Shown here piece after piece: positions 20,588-32,343 of a stretch of DNA of 34,703 bases. A program made the translations under genes and the position numbers. The notes below the pieces were generated by a model, which saw nothing but the letters and a program-made list of their open reading frames with translations, had not been told where the DNA came from and searched no databases. The DNA lies in assembly GCA_026025795.1 (NCBI GenBank), contig JAPEUG010000168.1, positions 1-34,703 on the forward strand, written 5' to 3'. Positions within the stretch are counted from its first letter, which is position 1. Every line of letters begins with the position of its first letter. Source of the DNA: Thelocarpon superellum. Taxonomy: Eukaryota.

Positions 20588-21794
20588 TCACCCCAGCTCA
20601 ACAGCCTTCTCGTCCCCATCCGCGACACCGTACAAAATTTCGCAGACGCCGCCAACAGGGACGTCCATGACGGCGTCGGTGCCTTCGTTCCAAAAAGCGA
20701 CCCAGCCGGCGGCATGCGACGATGTGGCGTCGGTGACGGATGGTAGTGATGGAGGGTTGCCTGCTTTGGGCGTCGTGTCGTGATCTGTGATGCTGTCGTC
20801 GGATCGATGATGGTGATGATGGGACTGCTGGTTCTGGTGTTGAGAGTGGGCACGTTCATGGGGGTGTGATCTATGGCTTCGCCCCTCGGCGTCGATCGTA
20901 GCGATGTTCGCCGCTTCATCCACCACGTTTTCGATGCTGTTCATGGGTAGCGTGAGGTAGCCTGTGTTGTATCCGGCGAGCGCCACGTAGATGTAGACGA
21001 TCGACATGACCAGGAAGGACGGGATGGCCAGCGCCCACCATCGGTCCGGGTAGTAGTGGATCCCAAGCTGGTGGAGGAAAGGAGATGGGAGGTAGGCCCA
21101 CAGGAGATACATGACTGTTCACACCGTTAGGGCCGGATTCGGAGGATGTGAGAGGGAGGGCCAGACCAAAGGCTATGGAGGATACGAGATAGAGCACAAA
21201 TCCGTAGTACTCGTAGGTCGGCACCTTGGGGCTGACGCGTGGAACGGTAGTCGCCGAGCGGGCCGACTTGGCCACGGCGGCTTCCGTGTCGTTGGGGGTC
21301 TCGACATCGGAGCTATCCGGGGTGGTGGGACGGCTGTTGGTGGTGGAGAAGGTCGGGCGCAACAGCGAGGTCAAGGATGGTGAGGGCGGGAGCGGCGTCG
21401 GCGGTCGATTGTAGAAGGGTGGGGCAAAGGGATGTTGATTGAGAAGGGAGGAGCTGGAGTGAGGCAGCGAGGAGTGTCGGCCCTTGGCCTCGTCGAGCGG
21501 CGTCAGGTCCGAGTCAGACGATCCCGAGTCGGACGAGGCATTGGTCAGGGAGTAGTGGGACTGAAAGTCGGCATCGTCGTCTTCCTCGCCGATGAGATCC
21601 TCGGGCGAGTTCAGCAGCGATGAGTCGTGCGCCACGGGCACGGCGGTGGTGGTAGTCGGGGTCCGCTCGGGACTCTCGCCCTCTGTGCCCCGGAAGGAGC
21701 TGTAGCTGGGGAGCTCTGGGGTGGAAACGGATTGAGGCAACGCAGACTGTGCGCTCCTCTTTTTTTTCCGTCGGCCTCGACTTTGTGGAGCCAT
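20588..21794 (-). CDS. GPI19: GPI-GlcNAc transferase subunit PIG-P / Gpi19, ~384 aa; exons 21794-21167, 21114-20588
   Basis: PTYEYYGFVLYL..., YLLWAYLP...LGIHYYPDRWWALAIP and AVMDVPVGGVCEILY are PIG-P motifs, with two TM segments. 1155 nt in frame. The start is chosen at MAPQSRGRRKKKR; the ORF stays open further upstream. Confidence 0.9.
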
Positions 21795-22357
21795 GGCAGA
21801 TGCGACGCGATGCGATGGGATCGACAATCTCGGTAGGGGTCGCGATGGTGGTCGCGGTCGCGCATACGCTTCTAGCCATCGTCCGGTGCGAGACGGACGT
21901 GTGCACGGTCCTGACGAGCAACTAACTTCACCGCGGTCCCCATGCAATGGACCCGTCTCGCCGCGTCTGGCGCGCTCCGACGCCGGCATTAGCGCGGACG
22001 CTACCATATGACGAGCGTCCGGCCCATTGGCCCTTTAGGCAGGCCATTTCGCCACAACCCCACTGTTCACCCCGCTTCCACCTCCGCGAGCTCCCATCAC
22101 TCGCAGGATGAGTAGCAGATCAGAGGCACCATCGACATGTAGCATGGGATTCCCTGTCCAGCATGTACTGCAGCTCGTGGCTCCGAGTGCACCGACCCCC
22201 ATGGTCTCCTGGGCCGATCGGGCAGCTTGGAGGGCCGCTCTGTCTGGCGTGCCCCCGATTATATGAGAGCTGCTCCCAGACATCTGGGAGCTTTCCACGC
22301 AGTTGGCTCCATCAGCTTCATCTGTAGGAGTGTCACCGTAGTCCTTGGTCTGCCACC

Positions 22358-23880
22358 ATGCATGCTCAAGCCCTTCTACCGCTCGTGGCACTGCTACCTG
22401 TGACCCATGCGGCCGAGACGATCCTCGGCCTCTACATCTTCTCCCGCCATGGCGATCGCACGGACAAGTCGCACTCGCCCACGGTCCTGACGGACCTCGG
22501 GTACCAGGACGTCTACACTTCGGGCCAGTACTTCCGCGAACAATACATTGCCGCATCGGCCACCGCGCGAATTGCCGGCATCTCGTCGGACGTGGTCAAC
22601 AATGCCCAGCTCACCGCCCAGGCTCCCGACGATCTTGTGCTCCTGAACTCGGCCCAAGGCTTCTTGCAAGGCCTCTATCCTCCCGTGGGAACGAGCCTGG
22701 GCAGCCAGTCGCTCCGCAATGGCACGGTCGCGCAATCTCCGTTGAATGGCTACCAGTTGATCCCGGTCCACCTGGTCGAAAGCGGTGCGGGCAGCGAGGA
22801 CTCGGCCTGGTTGCAAGGAACCACGGGATGCCTCAAATCGACGGCCAGCTCCAACGAATACTTCTCGACGCCGGAGTATCTCGATCTGAAGGCCAAGACG
22901 GATGGTTTCTACCGGAGCCTGAGCCCGATCATCAATGGCACCTTCACCGAGGACCAGACGAGCTTCAAGAATGCATATGCCAGTACGTGATGCGGCTGAT
23001 CGTCGTCGCAGACCCCTGACACGCTCTCACTGCAGTCTTTGACGTGCTCAACGTCGCCTCGATCCACAACAAGACCATCAACTCGTCCAACCTCCTGACG
23101 GATGAGGTGCTCAGCCAGACACGAACGCTGGCGGATCAACACGAGTTCAATCTGGCCTTCAACGCTTCGGAGGCCGTTCGCGCCATCGCCGGCGCCACCT
23201 TGGCCGCCCAGATCGTGCAACAACTGAACGACACCATCACGACGGCAGGGAAGAAGTCTGTCGGAATCCAATTCGGCGCCTACGGAAGCTTCCTGTCGTT
23301 CTTCGGACTCGCCCAGCTAACCAATGCGAACCCGCAATTCTTCGGGATCCCAGACTATGCATCGACCATGACCTTTGAGCTCTTCACCACGGGGCCCGCC
23401 ACTCCCTTCCCCAGCGCCGACGACGTCCAGGTCCGCTTCCTCTTCCACAACGGCACGACATCCAACATCAGCACGCCGGCGCCTTTCCCTCTATTTGGAC
23501 AAAACCAGACCACCCTCCCATGGAGCACCTTCGCGTCCGAGATGGACAAATTCGCCGTTGGGACGCAAGAGCAGTGGTGCAGCACATGCGGCAACAACAC
23601 GGGCATGTGCGCGGCCGCTGCCGCCCCGAGCGCCAGCAATGCCGCTGCCCCCGCCACGTCTTCCAGCAGCGACAGCGGGATGTCACTGCCCGTCGCAGGC
23701 GTCATCGGCGCCATGGTTACGCTGGCCGTCCTTCTCGGCCTCGAGGCGCTGTTCATGCTTCTTGCGGGCTTTAGACTCGTCAGGGCGCCTCGTGCCTCTG
23801 CGGCGTCGGTTGGAGGTGTGGCGCCTGTTGTGGGCCAAGAGGACGTTGATCTCGACCACAAGGAGAGGGCGAGCGCTTGA
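22358..23880 (+). CDS. Histidine acid phosphatase-like protein with signal peptide and C-terminal TM anchor, ~489 aa; exons 22358-22982, 23036-23880
   Basis: Signal peptide MHAQALLPLVALLPVTHA, an RHGDRT catalytic motif, many N-glycosylation sequons, a Ser/Ala linker and the TM helix VAGVIGAMVTLAVLLGLEALFMLLAGF. Confidence 0.9.
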
Positions 23881-23965
23881 GGGACCGCCCATCTGACGAG
23901 TCGAACCTCGGTGATAACTGGTGGTTACTGGAACTGGTCTCCTGCTCTTACGACAGATAAGGACA

Positions 23966-23996
23966 GAACGTGAACGTGAATGCGAATGTGAGTATG
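23966..23996 (+). repeat. Degenerate hexamer repeat (GAAYGT-like) in the phosphatase 3' region
   Basis: gaacgt gaacgt gaatgc gaatgt gagtat. Confidence 0.65.
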
Positions 23997-24212
23997 ATGA
24001 GATGTGTCTGAGCGAGTGTTCTGTGTACGAAGACCCCGGGTGTGATGAAAACAAGGACTCCTTGATATGCAGATATGCAAACGAACGTATCCAAATATGC
24101 GACATGTGAGAAGAGGAAGAAACCCACCCAGGCTGTAAGAGAAGCAAGGATGGAAAGCGGTGGGGAAGGCAGGGAACGAAGACGCCTCTAATAATCATCC
24201 CTCAGCTGTCGC

Positions 24213-27200
24213 TCAGCTATCCACGAAATTCTTCCACTGGCAGCTACATCCGCCCGTACCACCATCAATGCCGCCCAATCCGCCCTGGGCCAGAGTGACA
24301 TGGTCTTGTCCCAGCGGTCCCTGGCCGCCGCCCACCAAGATCCCGCCGAAGCCGCGGTTCTCCACTTGGATTTTCTTGTCGGAGGTATTGACCAGGGGTG
24401 GTGTGTTGGCCGTGCCACCGTCGAGGCCATAACAGTAGACCATCTTCTTGGTGACGTCTCCACCGTGGCGATCGCTGGTGAAAGTGACGGGGTAGGGAAA
24501 GGAGCCCGGACGAGCAAACGTGGTGCTTGAATTCGTGATGGTGAAGGTGCTCGTGTCGTTGGAAAGGAGGGGGAAGGCCGAGGCGGGTTTCGCCGTCCAG
24601 ATCTGCACGAGGAAGCGCGTCTGCGCCCACGTGCACTGGACTTTGGCGTCCTGCAGCGGGCTTCCGCCGTCGAGATCGGCGGCGCTGGCGGAGTTCTCGG
24701 CCGCCGTGTCTGACGCGTTGAGCGGCGTCGTCGACTGCAGGAAGATGGACCGGTCGAAGTACGTGTAGAACCCGTAGTGTTCGCTGGGCAGGCCGCGGTC
24801 GTACAGGTGGAGAGGCTGGAGGACGGGCAGCGGAAGGAGGGTCGCTGCCTGCGGCGAGCCATCTTCGTTAAGGGCCGGGGGTGGGATGGTGGCGGCGATA
24901 TCGGGAAAGGGGTCGGAGGCGTTGCTGCCGGAGTTCCCCGTGTTGTCCCGCTTCTTGTGCTTGGACTTGGGCGTCGAGGCGGGGGATGTGGTGCCGAGGA
25001 AGGTGATGTAGAAGGGACTCTGTTCGCCTTGTTTCGGCGAAGACGTCACGTTGTCTGTCGTGTTGCCCATGAAGATCTGATCTTCGAGACTCGGAGGGGC
25101 CGGAGAAGGGGTCCACGCCGCGTTGGACGCGGCCCCTCGAAGCTGCAGGAGGCGGCGCTGGATCAAGCTCCCGGCGGAGGCCGCGACGCCAGGGGAGAGC
25201 CCTCGTGCGACGTTGGTCGAGACCGCCCGCAGGCCCGAGGAGTTCGTGGTGCTGTCGTTTCGAAAGATGATTTCGATCTTGAAGTTGGGCTGGTCCGGGT
25301 TGTTGGGCGCGATCGAAGCCTGCATCTCTTTGGGCATGGCACAGCTCCACATGGTGGCGGGAAAGACACATCCTGTGTCCTCGACCACCGCGTCGGGCTG
25401 TGCCACGGTGGAGATGCCCGTGGGCACCGGTGGCCAGTTGGTCAGATTGAGGAACTGGGAAGAAGGGGCCGGTGCGGGGGCATGTGAGCTTTGCGTCGAG
25501 GCCAGTACGGCGGTCAGGATGATGATGATCATCAGGACCAGGGCGGAGGTCAGTCCGACAAACCACAGCCGCTTGTTTCTCGCGTCGAGACCCTCCTTTC
25601 GCCAGAATCCATTCGGACCGAACCATTTCCTCAGCAGCGACACTTTCCCCACCTTTCGCGGATACACGTGCTCCTTCTCCTCGACCTGTCGCTTCGCGTC
25701 CTTCCTCTCCATGGCGTGCAGGTGCGCAAGAAGGTCACCCGGGGACGAGTCGCACGTTGCAGGCTCGGTGAGGTAGCGCCGAAGAGCGTAGGAGGGCGCG
25801 GGGCTGCCAGAAGGCTCCGGGGTGGGGGCTGCTCTCTCGAGGGGCATGGCTCGCGGTATGCCGGGCGGAGTGGGTGCGGGAAATGGGGTGGGCAAGCCGC
25901 CAGCAGCAATCCGGGCGGCATGTTCCGCTGGGACGTATGCAACGAACGGGACATGGCCCTGCGTTGCTTGAAAGTCGTTTCGTGGCGGCGAGTAGGGGGG
26001 CGGCCCCGTCGAGGGCGTTTCTTGAGACGTTTTCACCGAGCCGTGAGTCGTCTCGGTCTGCCCGCGGGGTGTGGGGGCTGGGCTCGAGGGCAGTCCGAAC
26101 ACTTTCACGCCCCTGATGTTCACACCAGAGAAGTTCGGTGCCGGTCCGCTTTCTGCCCGAGGTCCTTGTCCAGGATTTCTTGAGCGTGTCATGGTCTCCT
26201 GTAGTGGCTTGCTGCCAATACGTTCATCATTATCGCAACTGTTACGTCCATGTCGCTGAACAATCGCCGGCGCGGCGGCCTTCCGTGAGTCTGCCTGCTC
26301 ATCGGCCAGCGCCGACGTGTCACCTTTGCCGATGTTCTCCATCCATTCTTCCACCTCCACTACCCGACTTAGTTGCGTGGCGGGTATAGGCGGCAACACC
26401 TTGGCTTCGAGCGGGAAGAGAGGATTGTCGGAACGCGCTCCATCGACCGGTTGAAAGAATTCGTCACTGGGGAGGGATGATCCCGCGACGCCTCTAGAAA
26501 CGGTCTGTGGCGCGCATCCGGAAGCTTGAAGCACCGTCGCTTCCGACGGTCTTGGTGGAGCAGCAGACGTCGTCCGTGGGGGCAACGAAACCACTTCCTT
26601 CTCGGACCACGCGTTCGCGGGAGGTACAGCCGTGTCGGTGGCGCTGATGCCTAGCTGCCGTAGCGATGCACTTTCCACCGGACTCTCCCGTATAGCCAAG
26701 TCCGTGTCCGAGCGACTTAGCGAAGGGGAGAGAATGTAGTTCCACCACCCCCGCGAGGGGTGGCGCGGGCTCTGAATCTCGACGCTCGACCGATCTGAGG
26801 CAGGCAACCTCGAGGTCAAGGAGAACGAGCGGCCCCGAGCTGAGCGGGATGGGCTGTCGCCGACTTGAGGGAAGATGGCAGCGGAGGCGCGACTGCTCTG
26901 GACATTGGGGCTGAAGTCTTCCTCGAACAAGGTACCGGAGGAGTCCCGTGTGAGACGGGGCTTTGAAACAGCATTGCTGGCGTGTGGCTGACGAGCGAAG
27001 GCGGGCAGAGGGGGTGCGTCGTCGGCCGTTCCGCCAAAGGCAGGGGGTGACCAGCGCGAGTACCAGCTCGACGACGGTCTTGCGCGGCCCACCGGCTGGT
27101 GACGATCATCGAGCGGTGACCAAGTGCCAGTTTCCTGCGCCGGTGTGACAAGGATCGTCGGGTTGTCGGCCGAGTCTTCGGCCTTTCCGCGACTTCGGCG

Positions 27201-27967
27201 CGCCTCAGGGCTGTCCTGGTGGCTTGACGAGGTCACTGCGGTCAACAGAATGGAGTCGATGGGCGTCGCCGCAGAGACAGACAAGCCGATGAAGATCCGT
27301 CGATCTTCCGGCGAGAGATCGTCGGGAATGGTGATGGCGGGCCGGACGGGCACGTGTCTCCCCTCGCTCGTGGTCTGCGGCGGCGGCAGCGGGTCAGATC
27401 TCGTGCCAGGTGTCTCAGGCGCCGCCACTACGGGAAGAGCAAGTCTCGGGGACATCGATGGCTTGGTCGCGCGTTTGGGTTGGGATGGCTCATCACCCAT
27501 CGGTCTTGCCTTGGGGCGGGACGGGAGTCTGGTGGAGGGCGGTAGGCTGGTATTGACCGTAACGCCGAATCGAGGCGCTCCAAGTTTCGCATGCGTCGCC
27601 TGCGCCGGTTGACTAGATGTCTCTTCGGCCGTCTGGCTTGCTTGATTCTTGAGGAAAGCATTTCGCGCGGCGAGGAGAGCTTGCTCGTGCACCCATCCTC
27701 CCACGTCCTGACCAGTGACCTACCCCTCGTCAGTCAGTTTGATCGGTAATGACGGCGCTGTGGGTGCAGATCGATCTCTCATACCTCTGTCTCATGTGGA
27801 GGGTCGACGAAGGACGGCAGGGCCAGCGGAGGCGGGCAAGACTCAGACAGCTGCTGGTGGTTGGGGATTCGGTGTGGGTTATACTTTGCGGACTTGCCCG
27901 ACGGCGCAGCTGGCTCAGCTGGCTCCACGCCCCGAGCGGGCTGTGGTACCTGGCCGGTCTCGAGCAT
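24213..27967 (-). CDS. Large fungal type II membrane protein (resembles proteins usually labelled 'glycoprotease family protein'), ~1229 aa; exons 27967-27785 (uncertain) and 27719-24213
   Basis: 1163-codon open frame with a disordered Pro/Ser-rich N-terminal half and one TM (WFVGLTSALVLMIIIILTAVLA). The luminal Cys-containing domain has GCVFPATMWSC, CTWAQTRF, PGSFPYPVT, DRHGG and GGIDGGTGGCSCQWKNF. A phase-0 intron at 27784-27720 (GTATGA...CTGAC...TAG) links it to an upstream ATG. Confidence 0.85.
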
Positions 27968-29041
27968 CGCCTGTCGTCGCCAGGAGTGGATGTATGCGCC
28001 GGAGCATGTCACGAATGAAGGCGCGCTGATCTCTCAGATCAACATCAATCGAGGTGGCGATGCATGAGGCGGACGTTGGGGAAGCTAGGCGTGGGGCCTG
28101 GCGTCGTGTCGCAAGAGATATGACGGATCAACGATCGAGGCAATGAAACGGGTACGCGTCACAGAGCCGGATCCAGGGTGAGGTTCGTGAAGAGGAACAA
28201 TGATATGGATTCTCTACTGGATTTTGATCTTTGATGGAGAGAGCAGCAGGAAGAAGAACAATAGGAGCGCCAGGCTTTCAGAGGAGTGAATGCGCCAAGC
28301 GACCAAGTAGAGAAGAGGCGAATGGGTACAAACAATGAGAAGTGCACGAGGAAAGTAGAGGTTTGTCCAGCACGACACAAGGCAGGACGAAGCAGCGCGA
28401 GCTTGACCCAGCGCCGAGCGTGGGCGGGTAGAGTCATCAGCCACCCCGACGACTGCATCCTTACATTGCCCGAATGGGGAGATGTCATTCGCTAGCCGCT
28501 GGACTGGCGAGCAAATTACGCTCCTGGACAGCTCATTGAGGTCTTTGGCGGGCGATGACCGCCGTCATAAGCGCCCGCCAGCCAACCACGGCGCGAGGCT
28601 CTGTCAAAGCGGCTGCGAGTGCGACACTTGCGTCGTGGACAGTCACGTCGGCGCCGCAAGCCAGCACTCCCAGTCCCCGTCACCGAGGCAGCCTAGAAGC
28701 AGCCTAGAGTCAGCGTGGGCGGAGTACCATGTTTGGACCGGGCAGGAGGCCGGTGAACGAGGGCCAATTCACTCGACGAGTCAGAGATGGTGGAATGTTT
28801 GACCTGGACCAATGGGCACGGGCCGTGCGTAGTCGGGGAGTTGAGACGCTTCGCCTGTGGAGCGGCGTCGCCACCTGAGTGGACAGGCGCGTAGCCAGGG
28901 TCTACGAGTACGGGCCCTCCTACTCGGAGTTAGGTTCGGGCGCCCCAGACAAAGATAGATTTGCCCCACAAGGCCCACAAGGGCCAAAAGAGACGGTTTC
29001 AGGTCGACACGGTCTCGTGATCCACGATCCATCGTCTTGCT

Positions 29042-29581
29042 ATGCCCGCTGCACGCAACGAGGCGTCCGGTCGGCACCGTTGGCGTTATACGTGCACCGA
29101 GTCCTTGCGCCGTCCGCGGAACGTGAGCCAATCAGCCCGCGGTCATGCCACGGCCTTCGCGCGCTACCGTACCACGGTAATCTAGGGCTCCCCCACCAAA
29201 ACTGAGAGCCGCCGGGCTGCCAAGCACACGGGCGGCCGCTTTACGCCCTGGAAGGTTTGGGGCCACGGTCCCACGGACGTGATGTTTACTTGTACGGGCC
29301 AATCGGTAAAATCGTTACGATTGGCAGGCCCTTTCGTGTTCCCGATGGCGACGCAAACGCTACAGGAGGGCGTGCTCACAGATGGGCGTGTACTCGTATA
29401 TTGGGCCCCGCCGCCCCTCGACTGCGGCACCGGCACGAGGGCAATCTCCATGAACCCTCAGGACCCGTTACCGGTGGTCTGTGCGACTGATCCAGCAGTG
29501 CTCCCGGGTGGTGTGCTGGAGGCCGCAACCACGACCGATACCAGTGTCTACTGGGTGGTGGATCCCTCAATCGACGGGTAA
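29042..29581 (+). CDS. Possible orphan protein (~159 aa); exons 29042-29122 and 29186-29581
   Basis: Open frame 29186-29581 has globular-looking composition and is preceded by a TAG acceptor. A GTGAGC donor at 29123 gives an in-frame ATG at 29042. No recognisable family and the branch point is weak. Confidence 0.25.
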
Positions 29582-30504
29582 TACCGCCGCGGGCGCAGCT
29601 TATTGACCAGGGCTCGGTCGCGTCAAGGGCTCGGAAAGGCGAGGACAGGATGTTCTAGCGAGGGCCGGCGCGACCGCCACTTCCGGCTTTTGCACTGCTT
29701 GCTCACGAAGGAGCACCAGTCACATAGACTCAGAGGGTCCTCATCGCTGGATATTAGAAGAAATTGGTTCATGAAGAGAAGTGTAGGGCTACTGAAACAC
29801 CGTCTGCTCTGGTTAGTCTATGACCGGATGACCTGCTAGAGCTGTAGACTATTCGCGTTGTACAGCTTTCTCATTAGCCAGACGTATATCTCACGAGGCG
29901 GCCTAGGCTCGGCCGTCGGGGCTTGGGGTGAGACGTAGTGGTGCCAGTCGCAAATTGGATGACTTAATGCGCGGACGACCACGAAACTCTCGGTATGGTT
30001 TGTCGCAGAGCTCAACAAGAGGTACCTATCGAGAAATGGTGTTCGTAAAGGACGGCATGGTGACGATGGGGCTCCAGCAAGGCAGCTTCCAACAAGAAGA
30101 GCTCTTGAGGATCACTCCGCTATACAGCTGGCCATGCTATCGAATATTTGGTGTACTTGCACGATGCTGGTTATGAGGATCCAATGCCGCGCTTGGAGCT
30201 GTGGTCAATGCCTTACAGAACTTGCCCAGCGATCCTTCGTTGCCCATGTTGTCGCTCACTTGATGACTTACTATGTTGTGTCTCACTTATACATCGGTGT
30301 GGCAGACTTCCTCACTATCGTGTATTACATCCTCTGTCTCTCACCATCCCTTCGCATTTCTATAATGTGCACGATTTCATACCTCTGATGACTGCACCAA
30401 GCACTCTCTTGCACATCTCGCCGCCTGTGGGATATGACACTCACAAATCTCAGCAGCATTCGTTCGAGTCCAAGTCTGCCTTTCCAGGCGACTCACGCAG
30501 CAAG

Positions 30505-30747
30505 ATGCGCAGATCGATCATCACCATGCTCCCATTCTTGTTTGTACCTGTGGTCCAGGCCAGACCCATTGTTGGTACCTCTCCAGCAAGCGCAGGTACA
30601 AGTGTGAACGGCTTTGTATGCGTCGGATGTTCAGGCAATCCAAACATCGTCTGCTGCTACACATCCGGAGGGATCACGACTTCGACTTTAAGGATTGGTG
30701 TGCGCCAAGTCTTCCAATACAGTAACGCGACACAAATTTCAGAGTAG
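30505..30747 (+). CDS. Possible small secreted cysteine-containing protein (80 aa)
   Basis: caagATG context, signal-peptide-like MRRSIITMLPFLFVPVVQA|RP, a CxxC-x7-CC motif, and TATAAT ~140 bp upstream. No family recognised. Confidence 0.35.
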   Translation: MRRSIITMLPFLFVPVVQARPIVGTSPASAGTSVNGFVCVGCSGNPNIVCCYTSGGITTSTLRIGVRQVFQYSNATQISE

Positions 30748-32343
30748 GAGCGTGCCTGACCATTCGCAAACCGGTCCCTGGTTGTTGGCTTGTCGCTCTT
30801 GCGAACATGAACTGTGTGCAGAATATGTGGTGTCGGACTTGATGTTGCGTGGCTCGTTACAGGGACATGCGAGGAACGCTGGAAAGACAGGGGCTAGGAA
30901 GCGCGGCGGAAGGCGAAGGAAGTGCAAGGAGACTTGGCATACGAATCGAATGTAGACCGCGCCGAGGGCTAGGTCCATTGTCGGAGGAGCGAGAGTGTGG
31001 CCGATGCGAGTAGGATGAAGTACTTCTCATCAACAGCATCTGCTCGGGTGCGGTCTCTGGCGCTCGAGACATTGTCAAATCTACTCTGGCAGATAGATCA
31101 AGCGCACCGTTTATCAATCTCCTCCTGTCGTTCTGCTATGGAGTCTGTTGGGGACTGAATACTATACCCGAAGGAGGGCAGGATTCTTTCACTTAGTACC
31201 CTCGACTTAGTCCAAGATAAAGGCTGGCGTCGAAACGTCTTCGACCACAGCGCTACTAACGGCGCCGGTCAGAGGACGAATGGGTAGTGGGTGCGTGATT
31301 CGGTAGCTTGTGCGGTCGTCGGATGATCTTACTCGGGCTTCTTGGCTAGGCAGCGCCAAGTCGCACCGCACCCCGACGCACATCCTGGCACCGGCGCGGT
31401 GCAGCCGGGTCGTGCGAGCGCAGGGCGGCGTCGCGCACCCGCTAGATCGTGAAGGGCAATCTGTCGGGAGGGCACACACATTTTTACCGTTGGACCTCAC
31501 GAGCACACAGTCCAAGACTTTACTGCAGTGTCCGTGTAACGCATCCGGGTGGCTCGCACGGTACCCACTGTTGAGGCCCGGGTCTTGGCTGCAGATACGG
31601 CGAAAAGATTCCGACCTGTCCTAACTCTCGTCCACCTGCGGAGGCCGATTACTCGAACCGTAGTGCTGCCACTCACCCGAAGCCGCGCACGTCTTCGGCC
31701 AGGTGCGTGATCCCTCTCGCTAGTGGCGACGTGTACTCCCTACCACTGTCGCTGCGCCAGAATCGCTCAGCGCCAAGGTACCGAGTGACTTGCAACGTTT
31801 CAATCGCCCTCGATTTGATCATCAGATCGCGAAGATAATCTCGTCAACATCAGCCCCAACCACCACCCAACGCCAAAATTCCTTCTGGCAACTCGGGCGT
31901 TCTCAGCAAGCTCGCTGGCTCCTTGGTACACGGGCACACATCATCCGTCGTGTGGGTCCTCAACACATCCGCTCTGGTACCCTGGGCCACCGGAGGGCCC
32001 TCGTCGTGGCCCTCGTGCGAGCGATTCTGTCAACACCGTCGCGTGCCTCTCCAGCCTGAGCGAAGCCAGAGCCCATTCCCTCCTTGGTTCCGTCGACCAT
32101 CCGCCGTCAGCTCGCACGGTCGGTACACGTTCCTCGGCTCCCGCGCTGGCTTCGTTATCGCCATCGCCGTCACCCTTCGCGGCGAAGTCGACGAGTCGAC
32201 GTCGGCGTTCGTCCGGCGTCAATGCGCTGCCACCACCGAAGCAGCAATTGAGTCCGCCCACCCTTGATGCTGGGGCTGCGTCGGGTCTCCCCAGTGCAAG
32301 TTTTGCCCAGCCCTTGTCCCCCGTCCCCGGAACGCCGGCGATC

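Noticed and set aside
21795..22357. Phosphate regulon linking PHO88 and the acid phosphatase
   Set aside because: I see no CACGTG (Pho4/NUC-1 type) site in the phosphatase promoter, Pho88/Snd3 acts in ER protein targeting, and the genes are 15 kb apart.
22345..26183. Long antisense or alternative-frame ORFs overlapping the phosphatase and membrane-protein genes
   Set aside because: Shadow ORFs produced by high GC3 codon bias; Arg/Gly/Pro-rich with no domain features.
27428..27795. Alternative start ATG at 27795 for the large membrane protein
   Set aside because: After splicing it is out of frame with the 1163-codon ORF and ends at 27428.
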